NCBI GenBank assembly: GCA_963754925.1
Contig: CAVWHX010000004.1
Location: 480,001-544,000, forward strand
Length of the DNA: 64,000 nt
Origin: an uncultured delta proteobacterium
Lineage (GTDB): Bacteria > Myxococcota > B64-G9
Direction of reading: 5' to 3'
A model generated the notes under the pieces. That model was not told where the DNA came from, ran no database searches, and worked only from the letters and a program-made list of their open reading frames with translations. Numbering within the stretch: the first letter of the stretch is position 1; the number at the start of each line of letters is the position of its first letter. This document shows, piece by piece, positions 19,034 through 28,918 of this stretch. The translations under genes were made by a program, and so were the position numbers.

Positions 19034-21022
19034 ATGAAAATCTCGCTGGCTACCAAAATCTTCATTGCTTTCACCCTGCTGTTGCTGGTCTTTGGAGCGG
19101 TATCTATATACGGCGTGGTGCAACTCGCCGCCGTACGCGACCATCTCAACGTCCTCAACCGTGGATTGCTGCCTCTCTACCAAGAAGTGGTGGAGATCGA
19201 AACCCTTCAAAAAACGACCCAGCGATCGATCGACAATGCTCAGCGATCGAAAGATACGAATCTCGTTCGCGGCCTGTTGGATAATACCCGCCAATTGTTC
19301 GCTCGCAATATGCCGTCGTTGCTATCGCGTTGCCAGGCCGTGCTGAAACGCCTCGATCTCGAAGAACTCTCGGATATCGATCAAACCTTTATGACCGATG
19401 TAGGCAACCGCATCGAACGTATTAGTGGAGCAAGCACCGAATTCAACCAGACGCTTGATATGATCGTGCGCAGCCTGGAGCCCTTACCCAACGAAAAGCC
19501 CGAGGACCTTGAATTGCCCGACAGCTCAACGCTCCAACAGATAGGCCGGGGGTTGGCTCCCGAGGTGCGCTTGCTCAAGCTGTCGCTCAAAAACAGAATC
19601 ACCAGCAAGATGCTCACGGTCGAAAAACAAGAAAACGCCACCATCGGGGTGATGTTGTGGCTGTCGATCCTATCGATACTCATCGGGGTGGTGGTGACGG
19701 TCGTATCGCTGGCCGCGTTGCGGCCGATCAAGAGGGTGGTTGAAGGCGTTCGGCGCATTTCGCGCGGGGACTTTGCCCCCATCGCACCGGTCACCGCCGA
19801 TGACGAGTTTGGACTGCTGGCACGTGAGTTCAACCGCATGGCGAGTTCGCTCGCCCACCGCGAAGAGGAGTTGACGCGCCAGCACCAGCAGCTCGAGCAC
19901 GCCAACCGCGAGCTGCGCCAGTCCGGTTTGAATCTGCAGCTGGTCAAGCTGTACAACGAAAACATCATCCGCTCCGTACCCACGGGCATTCTCGTCGCCG
20001 ACGCTCAAGGCGTCGTCACCACCTTGAACCCCGCGGCCGAGCGGCTGTGGGGGCTCAATCCATCCGAGACGGTGGGAAAGAAGCTGCCCGAACTGCCGCT
20101 CGGTAAGAATCTTCGAGATTTGCTGGCGGATTGGGAAGTGGTACTGTTGCGCAAAGAACGCAAGGTGTACGAAGCGATCGAATTCGCCGTTTCTCAGTCG
20201 CCCGTGCGCCTGGTGGATCTGCACGTTTCTCCCCTGGTCGGCAATGATGGCCTGGTTCAGGGCGTCCTGGTGATCGGTGAGGACGTAACGGAGAAGGTTC
20301 GCACCAAACAGGCGCTGCTCCAGAACGAACGGTTGGCCACGATCGGGCGCATGTCTGCCATGGTGGCCCATGAGATTCGCAATCCCCTGAGTTCGATCGG
20401 GCTCAACGCCGAGCTGCTCGAAGAGGAGTTGGCAAAAAACTCTGACTTGGAAATGCGGGCGCTGCTGCACGCCATCTCGCGCGAGGTTGAACGTCTGACC
20501 GCCATCACCGACGAGTACTTGAAATTCGCACGACTGCCCAAACCAACGCTGCAACCTGAACAGATCAACGATCTGCTGAGTGATTTGCTGCGCTTTGTGG
20601 ACGGCGAGCTGCGCGCGGCCAAGGTTGAACTGACGGTCGATCTCGAAGGACAACTGACGCCCATCCGCGCGGACGAGAACCAGCTGCGGCAGGCGTTTCT
20701 GAATCTGCTCAAAAACTCGCTCCACTCCATGCCGGAAGGCGGTCGGCTTACCATCACCACCCAGCAGCACGATGGGCAGGTGCAGGTTCGTTTCGCCGAC
20801 ACCGGCCAGGGCATCGACACGGTGTGCATCGATCGGATCTTCGATCCTTTCGTCTCGGGGCGCGAGGGCGGCATTGGATTGGGGTTATCACTGACCCAAC
20901 AGATCGTCTCCGAGCACGGTGGTATGATTACCTGTGAAAGCACCCCCGGTCAGGGAACGGTCTTCGTGATCGATTTTCCCGCCTCCCCCGTACAGGAGGC
21001 GGAGGATGCTCCGGGCGTGTAA
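19034..21022 (+). CDS. Sensor histidine kinase (2TM-HAMP-PAS-HisKA-HATPase)
   Basis: AHEIRNPL, QAFLNLLKNS, DTGQG, GIGLGL; HAMP DEFGLLAREFNRM. Confidence 0.93.
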   Translation: MKISLATKIFIAFTLLLLVFGAVSIYGVVQLAAVRDHLNVLNRGLLPLYQEVVEIETLQKTTQRSIDNAQRSKDTNLVRGLLDNTRQLFARNMPSLLSRCQAVLKRLDLEELSDIDQTFMTDVGNRIERISGASTEFNQTLDMIVRSLEPLPNEKPEDLELPDSSTLQQIGRGLAPEVRLLKLSLKNRITSKMLTVEKQENATIGVMLWLSILSILIGVVVTVVSLAALRPIKRVVEGVRRISRGDFAPIAPVTADDEFGLLAREFNRMASSLAHREEELTRQHQQLEHANRELRQSGLNLQLVKLYNENIIRSVPTGILVADAQGVVTTLNPAAERLWGLNPSETVGKKLPELPLGKNLRDLLADWEVVLLRKERKVYEAIEFAVSQSPVRLVDLHVSPLVGNDGLVQGVLVIGEDVTEKVRTKQALLQNERLATIGRMSAMVAHEIRNPLSSIGLNAELLEEELAKNSDLEMRALLHAISREVERLTAITDEYLKFARLPKPTLQPEQINDLLSDLLRFVDGELRAAKVELTVDLEGQLTPIRADENQLRQAFLNLLKNSLHSMPEGGRLTITTQQHDGQVQVRFADTGQGIDTVCIDRIFDPFVSGREGGIGLGLSLTQQIVSEHGGMITCESTPGQGTVFVIDFPASPVQEAEDAPGV

Positions 21023-21099
21023 CCTGGGAATATTTAGAATAGACTTGTGGTTTTTTAATAAGTGGTTACAATAAAATAAGAGAGAAGGAGTGAATCTCG

Positions 21100-22351
21100 A
21101 TGGCTGTCAATGACGAACTGACTCCTAGTCCAGCATGCTCGTTCTGCGGCAAACAACAACGCGAGGCCCGAAAACTAATCGCCGGGCCAACGGTTTTCAT
21201 TTGCGATCAATGCGTTAAAATTGTGCAATGAAATCATTGCCGAGGAGTCGGATAAAGAACCGCAAAAAGAATCACTGTCGGATATTCCCACGCCCGAAGA
21301 GATAAAGCGTTTCCTTGATGTCTATGTCATTGGGCAGGACCAGGCCAAAAAGGTCATCGCGGTGGCGGTATACAACCATTACAAACGACTCAATAATAAG
21401 GAACAGAAGCACGAGGTTGAGTTGACCAAATCCAACGTCCTGCTGCTTGGTCCAACCGGCTGCGGCAAGACGCTGCTGGCGCAAACCTTAGCGCGTTTCC
21501 TCAAAGTTCCCTTTACAATGTGGGACGCGACCACTCTGACCGAAGCCGGGTACGTCGGCGAAGATGTCGAGAACATTATCCAGGCGCTGCTCGCCGCCGC
21601 AGACAACGACGTCGAGCGCGCCCAGCGCGGGATTGTCTACATCGATGAGATTGACAAGATCGCGCGGCGCTCGGGGAACAGCCCCTCGGCAAGCCGTGAT
21701 GTTTCGGGCGAGGGCGTTCAACAAGCGCTGCTCAAGATCATAGAGGGCACCACGGCGAACGTGGTTCCCCGCGGCACCCGCCGTCACTACCAACAAGAAT
21801 TTGTTCAGGTTGACACTATGGATATCTTGTTCATCTGCGGCGGGACGTTCCATGGCATCGAGAACATCACCCGCCGGCGGATAGGCGAAAAGGGCCTCGG
21901 GTTCGGCGCCAAGGTCGCCCGCAAGCGGGAACACTCCGTCGGTGAACTGCTCGCCCAGGTTGAGCCGGGTGATTTACTCGGTTTTGGGCTGATCCCCGAG
22001 TTTGTCGGGCGGTTGCCGGTCATTGCTCCGATGAACGAATTGAGCACCGAAGAATTGGTGCGGGCGCTCTCTGAGCCACGTAACGCCTTGATCAAACAAT
22101 ACGCCAAACTCTTTGAGCTTGAAGGCGTTACCCTAACCTTCACTACCGACGCATTGCGCGCCGTCGCCGAAGAAGCCCGGCGTCGTGAAGGCGGCGCCCG
22201 CTCGCTGCGCACCATCATCGAGGAACGCATGCTCGACATCATGTACGAGGTGCCCTACCTACCGAACATCTCAGAGTGCGTCATCACCCGCGAGGTGATC
22301 GAAGCCAAAGGCAAGCCTATTTTGAAATTCGCGGAAAAGAAGCTCGCGTAA
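21100..22351 (+). CDS. clpX: ATP-dependent Clp protease ATPase subunit, frameshifted near 21217-21220
   Basis: CSFCGK...ICDQC Zn domain from ATG 21100 joins CNEII...[30 protein letters not shown] loop if one A is removed. Confidence 0.93.
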
Positions 22352-22428
22352 CCGATACCTCAGCAACCGCCCGAACGGTGATTCTTCTTAGGCGAAGGTT
22401 AACAGCCGCTCTTGGTACTAGAGGTACG

Positions 22429-22875
22429 TCAGAGGTTATGCGTTTTTAAGAGCGCGGACAATTTACGGTTGGCCTCGCGCAACCTACTGGTGAGAACCCG
22501 AATGATGCCGAATGCAATCTCGACTTTTTCGAACATCAGCTCGTAGAAGTCCTGACGTTCGATTTTCAAGCAGGCAACATCGGTCAGGGCCGTAACCGAT
22601 GCGCTCCGGGGCTCATTATCGAGGATAGCCATTTCGCCAAAAGCTTCTTTCTCGCTTAACCGGGCGATCTCCTTGGTCTGTCGGTGAATCACGACTGAAC
22701 CATCAACGATGAGATACAAGGTGTCACCCATCTCACCTTCCTGGAAGATCACCTCATCCTGCTCGAAATTGACCTCATGTGCGATGCCCGCCACCTGATT
22801 GAGATCTTCCCCCGAAATCTGGAAGAACAAATCAACCGATTTGAGGAATAAAACTTTCTCAACGGTCGAGAGCAT
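22429..22875 (-). CDS. Stand-alone cyclic nucleotide-binding domain protein
   Basis: EKVLFLKSVDLF, GEMAILDNEPRSASV; no HTH. Confidence 0.88.
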   Translation of the reverse strand: MLSTVEKVLFLKSVDLFFQISGEDLNQVAGIAHEVNFEQDEVIFQEGEMGDTLYLIVDGSVVIHRQTKEIARLSEKEAFGEMAILDNEPRSASVTALTDVACLKIERQDFYELMFEKVEIAFGIIRVLTSRLREANRKLSALLKTHNL

Positions 22876-22941
22876 GGAACCTTATCTACAGCCTCTCCCC
22901 TTTACAGGAGAACGACTAAGGAGTAGAAAATTAATTTGAGT

Positions 22942-23898
22942 TCATTCCCCTTTAATAAAAAAATCTGCCGGGCCTTGGACCCTAACGGCCGCAATCGCCA
23001 CCCCCAACAGACTGGTAAGTTCAGGTTCGCTCGCACAGACGATCGCTGATTCGGCGTTACGACTCAGCGCTTGCTCGCGCGCTATCTTCAACACTGACTT
23101 TTTAAAGAGAGCCCATGACTTGAGCATTCCCCCGCCCAAAACAGTGGTGCGCGGATTGAGCACGTTGAGTAATACGGCGATTCCCAACCCGATTACCATG
23201 CCCTGCTCTTCCCACAGCTTTAAGGCCAACCCATCGCCGGCGCGAGCCTGCTCGGCAAGTTGTTCGGGGTCCGGAGGCACCAGGTGTCCAAGTTCCCGGT
23301 ACTCGGCAAGGAGCGCTGTCAATGCCGCGCCGCCGGCATGCGCCTCCCAACAGCCCCGTCGGCCGCAGCTACAGGGTCGGCCTTGATAAAACAAGGGCAT
23401 GTGGCCGGCTTCGAGCGCGGCGTGCCCCGCGCCTTCCAGGAGATGTCCGTTGTCCATGAACCCACAGGCGATTCCATCGCCGATTTGAATAGCTAAAAGT
23501 GGGCTTTGTCCGCGAACCGGTCCAAAGGTGTACGCTGCCAGCGCCGCCGCATCACCTTCGCCGACGACGGCGACCTGGCGTCCAAAAGACTGTTCGAGAG
23601 GGGTGCGCACGTCCACGCCTTCCCACTCGCGATCGGCCGAGGCGACGATCACGCCGCTTACGGGATCGATACTGCCGGGGGTAGAACAACCTACCGCCAG
23701 TATTTCTTGAACGCTGAGTCCGGTCCGCGTTAATAAATCACGACAAGCCTGCAGTACGACATCCGAGAGATACACCGAATTTGCTATTGAATCTAATCGT
23801 TGCGCTGCGTAATGGATGATGCGGCCCCGCTGGTCCACCAAACCGACCTTGACCGAGGCACCACCGATATCGATAGCCATTACCCACGGACCGCTCAA
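22942..23898 (-). CDS. ROK family protein (sugar kinase-like)
   Basis: AIDIGGA, EAGH, CSCGRRGCWE, VLGGG. Confidence 0.88.
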   Translation of the reverse strand: MSGPWVMAIDIGGASVKVGLVDQRGRIIHYAAQRLDSIANSVYLSDVVLQACRDLLTRTGLSVQEILAVGCSTPGSIDPVSGVIVASADREWEGVDVRTPLEQSFGRQVAVVGEGDAAALAAYTFGPVRGQSPLLAIQIGDGIACGFMDNGHLLEGAGHAALEAGHMPLFYQGRPCSCGRRGCWEAHAGGAALTALLAEYRELGHLVPPDPEQLAEQARAGDGLALKLWEEQGMVIGLGIAVLLNVLNPRTTVLGGGMLKSWALFKKSVLKIAREQALSRNAESAIVCASEPELTSLLGVAIAAVRVQGPADFFIKGE

Positions 23899-24057
23899 GG
23901 TAAACCACCTACCAATCAGATCCCTTATCCATCACCAACGAGATAGTATTCTCATACCCCAGATTTTAATAAAATGTAACAACTTTCACATCACTAACGA
24001 GCCGGTACCAATAGTATACAATACCTTTTTGAGGGCGCCAGAATTTGAAAGCCTAGT

Positions 24058-26952
24058 TTATGGGTCGGTTGTGCCCTCGCCGCGAAACCGGTCCATCAAC
24101 CAACCGGCATAGGCGCTCACGGCCGCGGACGGGTCTGTGACCTGGGAGAGTACGGCGGTTATTACTTCCGACTTGGGAAGCAGGTGGAAAATCGCCCACA
24201 AAGCGGTTTCGCGGACGATGGGAGCCGCTGCCCCGACGCAACCCTTTACGGTAGGGATAAGCGACCGCTCATTCAAAACAACTACCGCGTGGAGAGCGCA
24301 GACGACCATCCACGGATCGGGATCCATGAGCAGTTGCGCCAACCATTGGCGCCGATCTGCCAGCTCAATATCGACGACTTCCCTGCCAATTTCTTCGCGC
24401 GCCGCCCGAGCATTTTGATCCAGCAGCGGCAACAACAGGCGCTTGAGCTCTTTGTTAAGTAAGTTGTCGAGCAGTTCGATGGCATTGGCCCGCAAACTGC
24501 TCGACGGGGCGGTGATGATGTTGTACACAACTTCGATGGTTTGCACCGGCACGATACAACCCAGCAAACAAAAGATGCGCCGAAGCCCGCGCTCAAAGCG
24601 CTGGTTCAGCGCGTCGGCCAGCAAACGAGCTTGAGAGGGCAGACTGAGCCTTTCGCAAACAAAGATATGTCGATAGAGATCGGTCAGTTCTCGCACCAAC
24701 ACCGGCTGCAAACGCTGGTAGGGCACCTCCAAATAGGGGTGATGCGCCCGTAAGCGGTGAATGCTTTCCAATACGCGGCTGCGTAATCGTTCGTTGTGGT
24801 TATCCACCTGAGCAAGCAAAATCTCGAGCGCCGCCGGATCGCCTACTTTGGCGAGGATGGCTGGAACCGCCAGGCGGATGGCTAACGCCTCTTGCTGGTT
24901 TCCGAGAACGCTTCGCAACACCGTAAGCGCCGACGCGCCAAAGGCCGAAAGTGCCTCGCTGGCTTCTGTTCGGGTGGCGGCATGCTCCAAGCGGTATACC
25001 AACGCCGGCAACAATTCCGTGGTCTGTATGGTGGCAGCGGCGCGGATGGCCGCAATCTGAACCTTCTCAACTGGATCAACGATAAGCGCAAGCAACGGAT
25101 GATAAAAATTCTTCACCCGAATCTCACCCAATATATAGGCGGAAGCCTCGCGTTCATCGACATCCGCGCTTTGCAGCATTGCCTTGAGCCGTTCGGCCGA
25201 GCTCAGCACGCCGTCGAGGCCGCCATAGCGAATGAGCCCGATTACCGCCGCTCTTCGCACCGGAAGCTCCGGTTTTTCAAGAAAGCGGTTGATCATCGGG
25301 ATGGCCCGTTCCTTGCCAATCGCGCAGTAGGCCGTAACGGCCGCGGCCTGTACCAGGATGTTTGAGTCGTTGAGATGGCTCAAGACGACCGGGGCGTCCT
25401 TAAGCATGCCACGCTCGCCTACCAGCGTAAGCGCACAGGCGCGAACGGCCGGGGAAGCATGGTTGGCCAGATGATAGAAATCCTCGCTCCAATCAACGTG
25501 CGTATGGTGACGGGTCATCTCGAGCGCTTGCAACACCTGCTGCTCGTCTGAATCCTGAAACGCCCTGCGCATAATCTGGGCTATATTTTGGTCGGGAATC
25601 GGACTGTCGAGATCAAAATTATAGCGTCGATGCTGCAAGGTGTTGGCCAGCGCCTTGAGGTATTCCGAGCGGACGGCGACACTGACCCCTACCCACACCA
25701 GCACCAGGACAAGCAGCATCCATCCCAATGCATTGCCGGGCAGGGCCGGCACCACCCACGCCAGTAGGGCTCCGGAGAGGCCAATCGCCAGGGGGCGCAC
25801 CATGCCATCAATAACGGCCTTGGCCCGTCCCCGGAAGTGGGCCGGCACCGGCACGTAGAGCAGTTGCGTAGTCGAATCGTTGACCGTGTAGCGGAGCACC
25901 GCGTCGGTGCCCTTGAGGAGGGTGGCCGACAGAAGCTTTGGTTGGATCAGCCAGGCCACCGCGCCCCCCAACAAAAAGGACGGCAGCAGCAGCAGCGCGA
26001 GCATAATGCCAAAACGTTCGAGCACCCGGCCGGTGAGAAAAAACTGGATCACGCAGCTTACCGCCCCGGTCAGCGCCCAAAACATTCCAAAGAAACGGGC
26101 CAACTGCGCTTCCACCGGATAGGCTTCAGCCGCCGTGATCTTGAACTGGTAATCGACAAAGGTCAGCACCAACGAAACTAAAACCACCAGACTCGCGACC
26201 AGCACCAAATGCCGGTTGCTGAAGATTCGGCTCCAGTCTGAAAACACGGCGTTGGGATGCCGGGCGCCTCGAAGGCGCTCGGCGAAGCTGGCGAGCAGTT
26301 CGCTGCGGTAACGCCCCGCCAGACGCAGGGTAAGCCAGAAGCCGGCGAACAGTCCCCCGGCGCCGAGGAATAAGAGATCAGCCGTGCCGATGAACTTCAG
26401 CGCGCCATTGACCGCCAGGCCGACCACCACCGCGGAAACCACCCCGCCCGCTCCAACCAACCCAAACAGGCGCTTGGCTTCGCGCGAATTGAAGACATCG
26501 TTGGCCAAGGTCCAAGCCTGGATGATAAGTACGCTGCCAATCAGCTCGACCAAGACCCACAGCACCGGATAAAACCAATCGCCGACCCAATACAACGCCA
26601 CGCGGGCCGCAATCATCAAAAACCCGGCTAACGCCGAGGTCAGAGCCAACAGTCGATCACGCCGGAAGCGGTCGGCTACCCAGGAGTAACCGTACGACTG
26701 CAGGCTGACCCCCAGCGCCACCCAAATATACAGGTACGGCAGGTAATCCCGCGGGTAACGGCTCAGAAACAAACTGTCGCGAGCCACCCTCCCAATGATG
26801 AACGAACCCACGACACAAAACAGAATTCCAAACATCAGCGCGGTCTTCCGGCCCTCGCCGGGCTGGATGCGCAGCAACCCGGTTATCAAACTGCGAAGTT
26901 GCTCGCCGGCCGCCCCCAAGAGTATTTCCTCCCCTGATGCGGATCCTCCCAC
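24058..26952 (-). CDS. Npt1/Npt2 (NTT/TLC) nucleotide transporter-like MFS domain fused to HEAT repeats
   Basis: RDSLFLS, REAKRLFG, VDYQF, RAKAVID; about 11-12 TM then HEAT-like repeats; start uncertain. Confidence 0.82.
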   Translation of the reverse strand: MGGSASGEEILLGAAGEQLRSLITGLLRIQPGEGRKTALMFGILFCVVGSFIIGRVARDSLFLSRYPRDYLPYLYIWVALGVSLQSYGYSWVADRFRRDRLLALTSALAGFLMIAARVALYWVGDWFYPVLWVLVELIGSVLIIQAWTLANDVFNSREAKRLFGLVGAGGVVSAVVVGLAVNGALKFIGTADLLFLGAGGLFAGFWLTLRLAGRYRSELLASFAERLRGARHPNAVFSDWSRIFSNRHLVLVASLVVLVSLVLTFVDYQFKITAAEAYPVEAQLARFFGMFWALTGAVSCVIQFFLTGRVLERFGIMLALLLLPSFLLGGAVAWLIQPKLLSATLLKGTDAVLRYTVNDSTTQLLYVPVPAHFRGRAKAVIDGMVRPLAIGLSGALLAWVVPALPGNALGWMLLVLVLVWVGVSVAVRSEYLKALANTLQHRRYNFDLDSPIPDQNIAQIMRRAFQDSDEQQVLQALEMTRHHTHVDWSEDFYHLANHASPAVRACALTLVGERGMLKDAPVVLSHLNDSNILVQAAAVTAYCAIGKERAIPMINRFLEKPELPVRRAAVIGLIRYGGLDGVLSSAERLKAMLQSADVDEREASAYILGEIRVKNFYHPLLALIVDPVEKVQIAAIRAAATIQTTELLPALVYRLEHAATRTEASEALSAFGASALTVLRSVLGNQQEALAIRLAVPAILAKVGDPAALEILLAQVDNHNERLRSRVLESIHRLRAHHPYLEVPYQRLQPVLVRELTDLYRHIFVCERLSLPSQARLLADALNQRFERGLRRIFCLLGCIVPVQTIEVVYNIITAPSSSLRANAIELLDNLLNKELKRLLLPLLDQNARAAREEIGREVVDIELADRRQWLAQLLMDPDPWMVVCALHAVVVLNERSLIPTVKGCVGAAAPIVRETALWAIFHLLPKSEVITAVLSQVTDPSAAVSAYAGWLMDRFRGEGTTDP

Positions 26953-27061
26953 TGATGTTAAGAGTTTCGCCTAGAACGTGGAAGAAGTCTAGATTACGAC
27001 TGACTGCCAAGAGAAATAGGTGGGATTAAAGCGCTCGCTGCGCTTTGGAACTAAATCTAAT

Positions 27062-27221
27062 CCCCTGACGGGGATAAGAGACAGTAAGCTCACTGCGTTC
27101 GCAATAATCTCTAACCCCCTACGGGGATAAGAGTCTGTAAGCTCACTGCGTTCGCAATAATCTCTAACCCCCTACGGGGATAAGAGACAGTAAGCTCACT
27201 GCGTTCGCTAACTGTCTCTAA
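27062..27221 (+). repeat. Three tandem copies of the 53-bp REP-like hairpin element
   Basis: Units at 27062, 27115 and 27168 with no unique spacers; third copy overlaps the convergent stop at 27218. Confidence 0.9.
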
Positions 27222-27796
27222 AAGTGAGCCTGAGCGCCGAGCAGGAAAGTGTAAACAAACGCATTATTACCGTTCCCATCGAAAACCGCGCCGAGACCCA
27301 GCGGCTCGAACTGCACCTCGAGCCAAGGAAGTACCAGATAACTCACCCCGCCGCCGAACCGAACCCAGCCACCCGCAGTTGAGTTCCCGCTATAAATTCC
27401 GATCGCCGGCCCGATGTCAAACAGCGGGTAAACATAGAGCGGATATTTCTGAAGGATCTGCATCTTATACCGCGCTCCGAATGGGAACGTGATGGCCGTA
27501 TATCCACTCTTGGCGTGAAGCAGAAAGGCGACGTGCAATGCAAGGTTGCCGGGGCCAACGACGAAGGTGTATTCGAATGGGATCTCCATGGCGAACGCTA
27601 CGGTCGAATAGCCGCCGTTAGCGGTATAATCTAACGCCGAGAATCCGATAAATATACCGGTCGAAAACGGCTTCTTGGCCAGGTCTCCTGCGCACGGGAT
27701 TTGAGCGCACCCGGTAGGCGACTGGTCCTCGGCGACCGCGCTAAAGGATGTGAGCAGTGCGGCAACAACAATGAGTGAGAGTAACAGTTTACGCAT
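27218..27796 (-). CDS. Outer-membrane beta-barrel protein
   Basis: Signal peptide, alternating strands, terminal Phe (LGAQAHF); GGAGG RBS. Confidence 0.7.
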   Translation of the reverse strand: MRKLLLSLIVVAALLTSFSAVAEDQSPTGCAQIPCAGDLAKKPFSTGIFIGFSALDYTANGGYSTVAFAMEIPFEYTFVVGPGNLALHVAFLLHAKSGYTAITFPFGARYKMQILQKYPLYVYPLFDIGPAIGIYSGNSTAGGWVRFGGGVSYLVLPWLEVQFEPLGLGAVFDGNGNNAFVYTFLLGAQAHF

Positions 27797-28017
27797 GATT
27801 TCCTCCGTTTCGTTTCCTTGAACAACGTGGTGTTAGAGATCAAAAACCTAAAACTACACGTTATATTTCTGAGGTCCCTTTGGATTCTTTTAAGGAGCCT
27901 CCCCAATGTTAGGGTAATGCTATAATCACGAAATCCCCCGCACGTCAATGGTAGAATGCAAAATTATTTTGCTGCCGAAGCAGCTTGAAGAAACTGAATA
28001 ATATGACTCTGGAAGGT

Positions 28018-28792
28018 CTAGAAGAACCTGACGCCGAGTGTTAAATCAGTGTAGAATCCATATATCGTAAGAGCCGCAGTTTGACCACCTGTTGAATTAA
28101 TATAGAACTCCGTATGAAAACCAATGCCCCACTCAAGCACGATACCTATCGGCACGCTCCGAGAAGGGTAAAAGGTGCAGCTCGCGTTTAGCTTCTCGAA
28201 TATTCAACATCGCGAATGTACTCTTAAACGGATCGTTCAAGATAGGACCGAAGCCAATGCCGAAACCGACGCCAGGGTAAATCGCGGTGGGGCCAGCGGG
28301 AATGTACCAGCTGTACAGGAAGCCTAGATCAAGCCCAAGAGCATGCATTGGGTCCACATTCGCGGACGTGTCAAACTTCATATACATGTAAAAGGGATCC
28401 AGCTCGAACGACCCACCTCTGCCACTAAACTTGAGATCTAAATCTATTTTCATGGCATTGATGTTTTGATCGAGCCCGCTCGTGCTCTGGCTCTTGCCAC
28501 TGGAGATGAACGTAGCTGCTTGGCCGCCCAAATAGGCATACCCAATCCTTGGAGCAAGGCTGAAGCCTTTCATGGGGCCGTTTTCGTCAACCGGCGCCGG
28601 GGCAGGTTGAGCATACACCGGGGCAGGTTGCGCGGGTGCCGGGGCCGGCTGCGCAGGCGCCGGGGCCGGTTGGGCGACTACCGGGGCTGGTTGCGCGGGT
28701 GCGGCGGCATCCTCCCCAAGCGCAATCCCCGGCAGACAAAGGACGACCAAACTCATCACGCCTAACAGCACCAACTGTCTCCCGATTTTCAT
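28018..28792 (-). CDS. Outer-membrane beta-barrel protein with Pro/Ala/Gln repeats, frameshifted near 28190
   Basis: Signal peptide and about 4 (APAPAQP) units; shifted frame continues LNASCTFYP...YTDLTLGVRFF* to TAG at 28018. Confidence 0.7.
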
Positions 28793-28918
28793 CTACGCCC
28801 TCCTCGCTAGTGAAATGGTAAAGACTGTGATTAAAATCCCCAACAATAACCTTAACCCAGAAGTTCACCGCGCGTCAATGAAGTTGCATCGGTAATGAGA
28901 TTCGGTATAGATCGACGT

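Noticed and set aside
21100..22351. Programmed frameshift or pseudogene status for clpX and the other split genes
   Set aside because: Unrelated genes show the same one-base defect with no other decay and no shared slippery motif; sequencing error is simpler
27062..27221. CRISPR array
   Set aside because: Units are contiguous with no unique spacers, there are no cas genes, and solo copies occur elsewhere
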